From positions 868,001 to 932,000 of the forward strand of contig OY253678.1 of the NCBI GenBank assembly GCA_958009085.1: 64,000 bases of DNA, written 5' to 3'. Each line of letters begins with the position of its first letter. The first letter of the stretch is position 1. The position numbers and the translations under genes were made by a program. This document shows, in pieces, positions 62,401 to 64,000 of the stretch. Source of the DNA: Protoeuglena noctilucae (taxonomy: Eukaryota). A model generated the notes under the pieces. The model was given only the letters and a program-made list of their open reading frames with translations, had not been told where the DNA came from and ran no database searches.

Positions 62401-64000
62401 CCCCCCACTCTCAGTACCTCCCCACCGCCGGTCTCCTCGTCACACGCTGGCTGCTCACCTTCCTGCGCGGCAAGAGCGGCGCCTCCCGCGGCCGCCAGTC
62501 GCCCTACGGCCGCCTTTTCTGGGACTGCCAAATGTCCACGGTGGTCACTAGAGCGGAGCCGCACAACCTGCAGCTGCTGCACCCCACGCAAAACCGAGTG
62601 CTCACGGTGCGGGAGATGGCGCGACTCCAGGGATTCCCGGACTATTTCGTCCTGCTGTGGGGCTCGGTGGAGTATGGGCCGTCGCTGGTGCGGTCGGCGG
62701 TGGTGCAGGACAGGTGAGGGGTGGGTGGGTGGGTAGATTGGTGGTTAGTGGTGGGGGTAGTGGTAAGGGTTGTAAGGGTGCTGGGGTGCAGGACAGGTGA
62801 GGGGTGGTGGGTGATGGCGAGGGTGGGGGCTGTGGTGGGTGGTGGGGGTAGCATTGGCGAGCTTTTTAGTAGCAGTGGTGAGGGTGGTGGTGGGACTAGC
62901 GGTGGGGCGAGGGCCGCCGTTCCCGACTCATTCCACACAATTAGTGTAATTTCCTCTCACACACCACTTCCCCTCTCTCTCCCAGGTACAACCAGATCGG
63001 CAACGCCGTGAGCCCCCCCGTGGCCACTGCGCTGGGCATCTGCATGCGGGCGGCGGCAGTGGGGGTGGCGCCGCACGGGGCGGGGGCGTCACCCTGGATG
63101 AGGGCGGTGGACCCGGAGAGGTGGGTGGGGGGATTGATTGGTGACTGGATGGATGAATGTATGAGAGAATGGTTGTTGTTGAGTATTGCATGGGATGGGG
63201 TGAAATGGGGGTGGGGTGTGTAGCCTGCCCCTCCGCCCTCTCTCCCACCACGCAGTGCGTGCGATGCGCCCCTCAACAACCCCACTCCCACACCCCACTC
63301 CCACCCCCACTCCCACTCCCACACCCACACCAACTCCCACCCCACACCCACACCCCACACCCACCCCCACTCCCACTCCCACACCCACACCCACTCCCAC
63401 CCCACACCCCACCCCGCCCGCTTCCCCAGGGTGCGATATGAGAACGACCGCGCCACTAAGAGCTTCTTCAGAACTCACATTCTGGAGAAAGGGGTCACGT
63501 ACATGGACCCATGGAGCAAGGCCACGGTCATGGCCAGGCTGGGGGACGACTACGTGCCGTGAGTGGTTGGATGATAGTTTACGTGTAATATAATTCATAT
63601 ATTAGATTTACTTTATGCTATAGTATACTAGCACTAAGCGCCAGTGTACGGATGTGATGGCGAGGCTGCCCACCGCCCACCCCCCACCCCCCTCGCAGTC
63701 ACATCAAAATCCGCGACTTTGCGCGGCTGTGGGCGGGGGTGTACCGGGCGCGGGGCGACGAAGGGCGTGCGCGCGATATGGAGAGACTGCTGGGGGTGTT
63801 TAGGGGTGCCGAGAAGCAGGTTGTGGTCAAGAAGGACCTCGAAGCACTGTGGGCGGATAAAGAGAGGTGAGGGGCGGGTGTGGGTGGGTGGTTGAGGGGT
63901 GAGGGGTGGGTGAGAGGTAGGTATGGGTTGTGGGGCGATGGGTGGGGTTGGTGTGGGTGCAACCCCCACTGCCACCCCTACTACCACCCCCACTACCACC
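53491..64000 (+). CDS. CMT: Chromomethylase-type DNA (cytosine-5) methyltransferase (BAH + chromodomain inside the catalytic domain); start uncertain, 3' end probably beyond the window
   Basis: BAH-like [27 protein letters not shown]. Motif I MLDLFS|GCGGLS. Chromodomain YLVAWAGE...DTWLPES. Motif [37 protein letters not shown]. Then PYGRLFWD...[27 protein letters not shown] and [14 protein letters not shown]. Confidence 0.92.
58916..58964. repeat. Perfect palindrome with 18-bp arms and a 1-nt spacer, inside a CMT intron
   Basis: TATTAGGGTTACCGAGTA-G-TACTCGGTAACCCTAATA (58922-58958), extended by TGAC/GTCA after a 2-nt mismatch. Confidence 0.9.
60411..60472. repeat. (CCCACA)n hexamer microsatellite in a CMT intron; a related CCCAC[A/T] array lies at about 63282-63415
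   Basis: Directly visible in the sequence. Confidence 0.9.

Overview
Very GC-rich, intron-dense eukaryotic DNA, most likely a green alga. The evidence is plastid-type DHDPS, a starch-binding CBM25-type protein, a chromomethylase and ciliary ARMC2. About 16-17 genes, mostly spliced and largely arranged as head-to-head pairs: CAMKK/GRIK-like kinase, RPT3, RanBP2-zinc-finger RNA-binding protein, ARMC2, NTF2/SnoaL + membrane protein, two paralogous intronless beta-helix repeat genes, Mit_KHE1-like protein, TFIP11, CBM25 protein, KH+WW protein, DHDPS, enoyl-CoA isomerase, Aurora-like kinase, a coiled-coil protein and a chromomethylase. Most ORFs in the supplied track are GC-rich shadow ORFs. Four signals stand out. 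(1) Two beta-helix genes 30 kb apart share an apparently identical ~640-bp 5' block but have variable, mosaic repeat arrays (2 vs 11 internal units). (2) Many introns carry degenerate 'echo' copies of their own adjacent exon-intron junction. (3) GC-AG introns are unusually frequent. (4) Deep introns are CpG-poor, G-rich at the 5' end and C-rich at the 3' end. All gene models were built by eye, so exon edges are approximate and no database searches were run.
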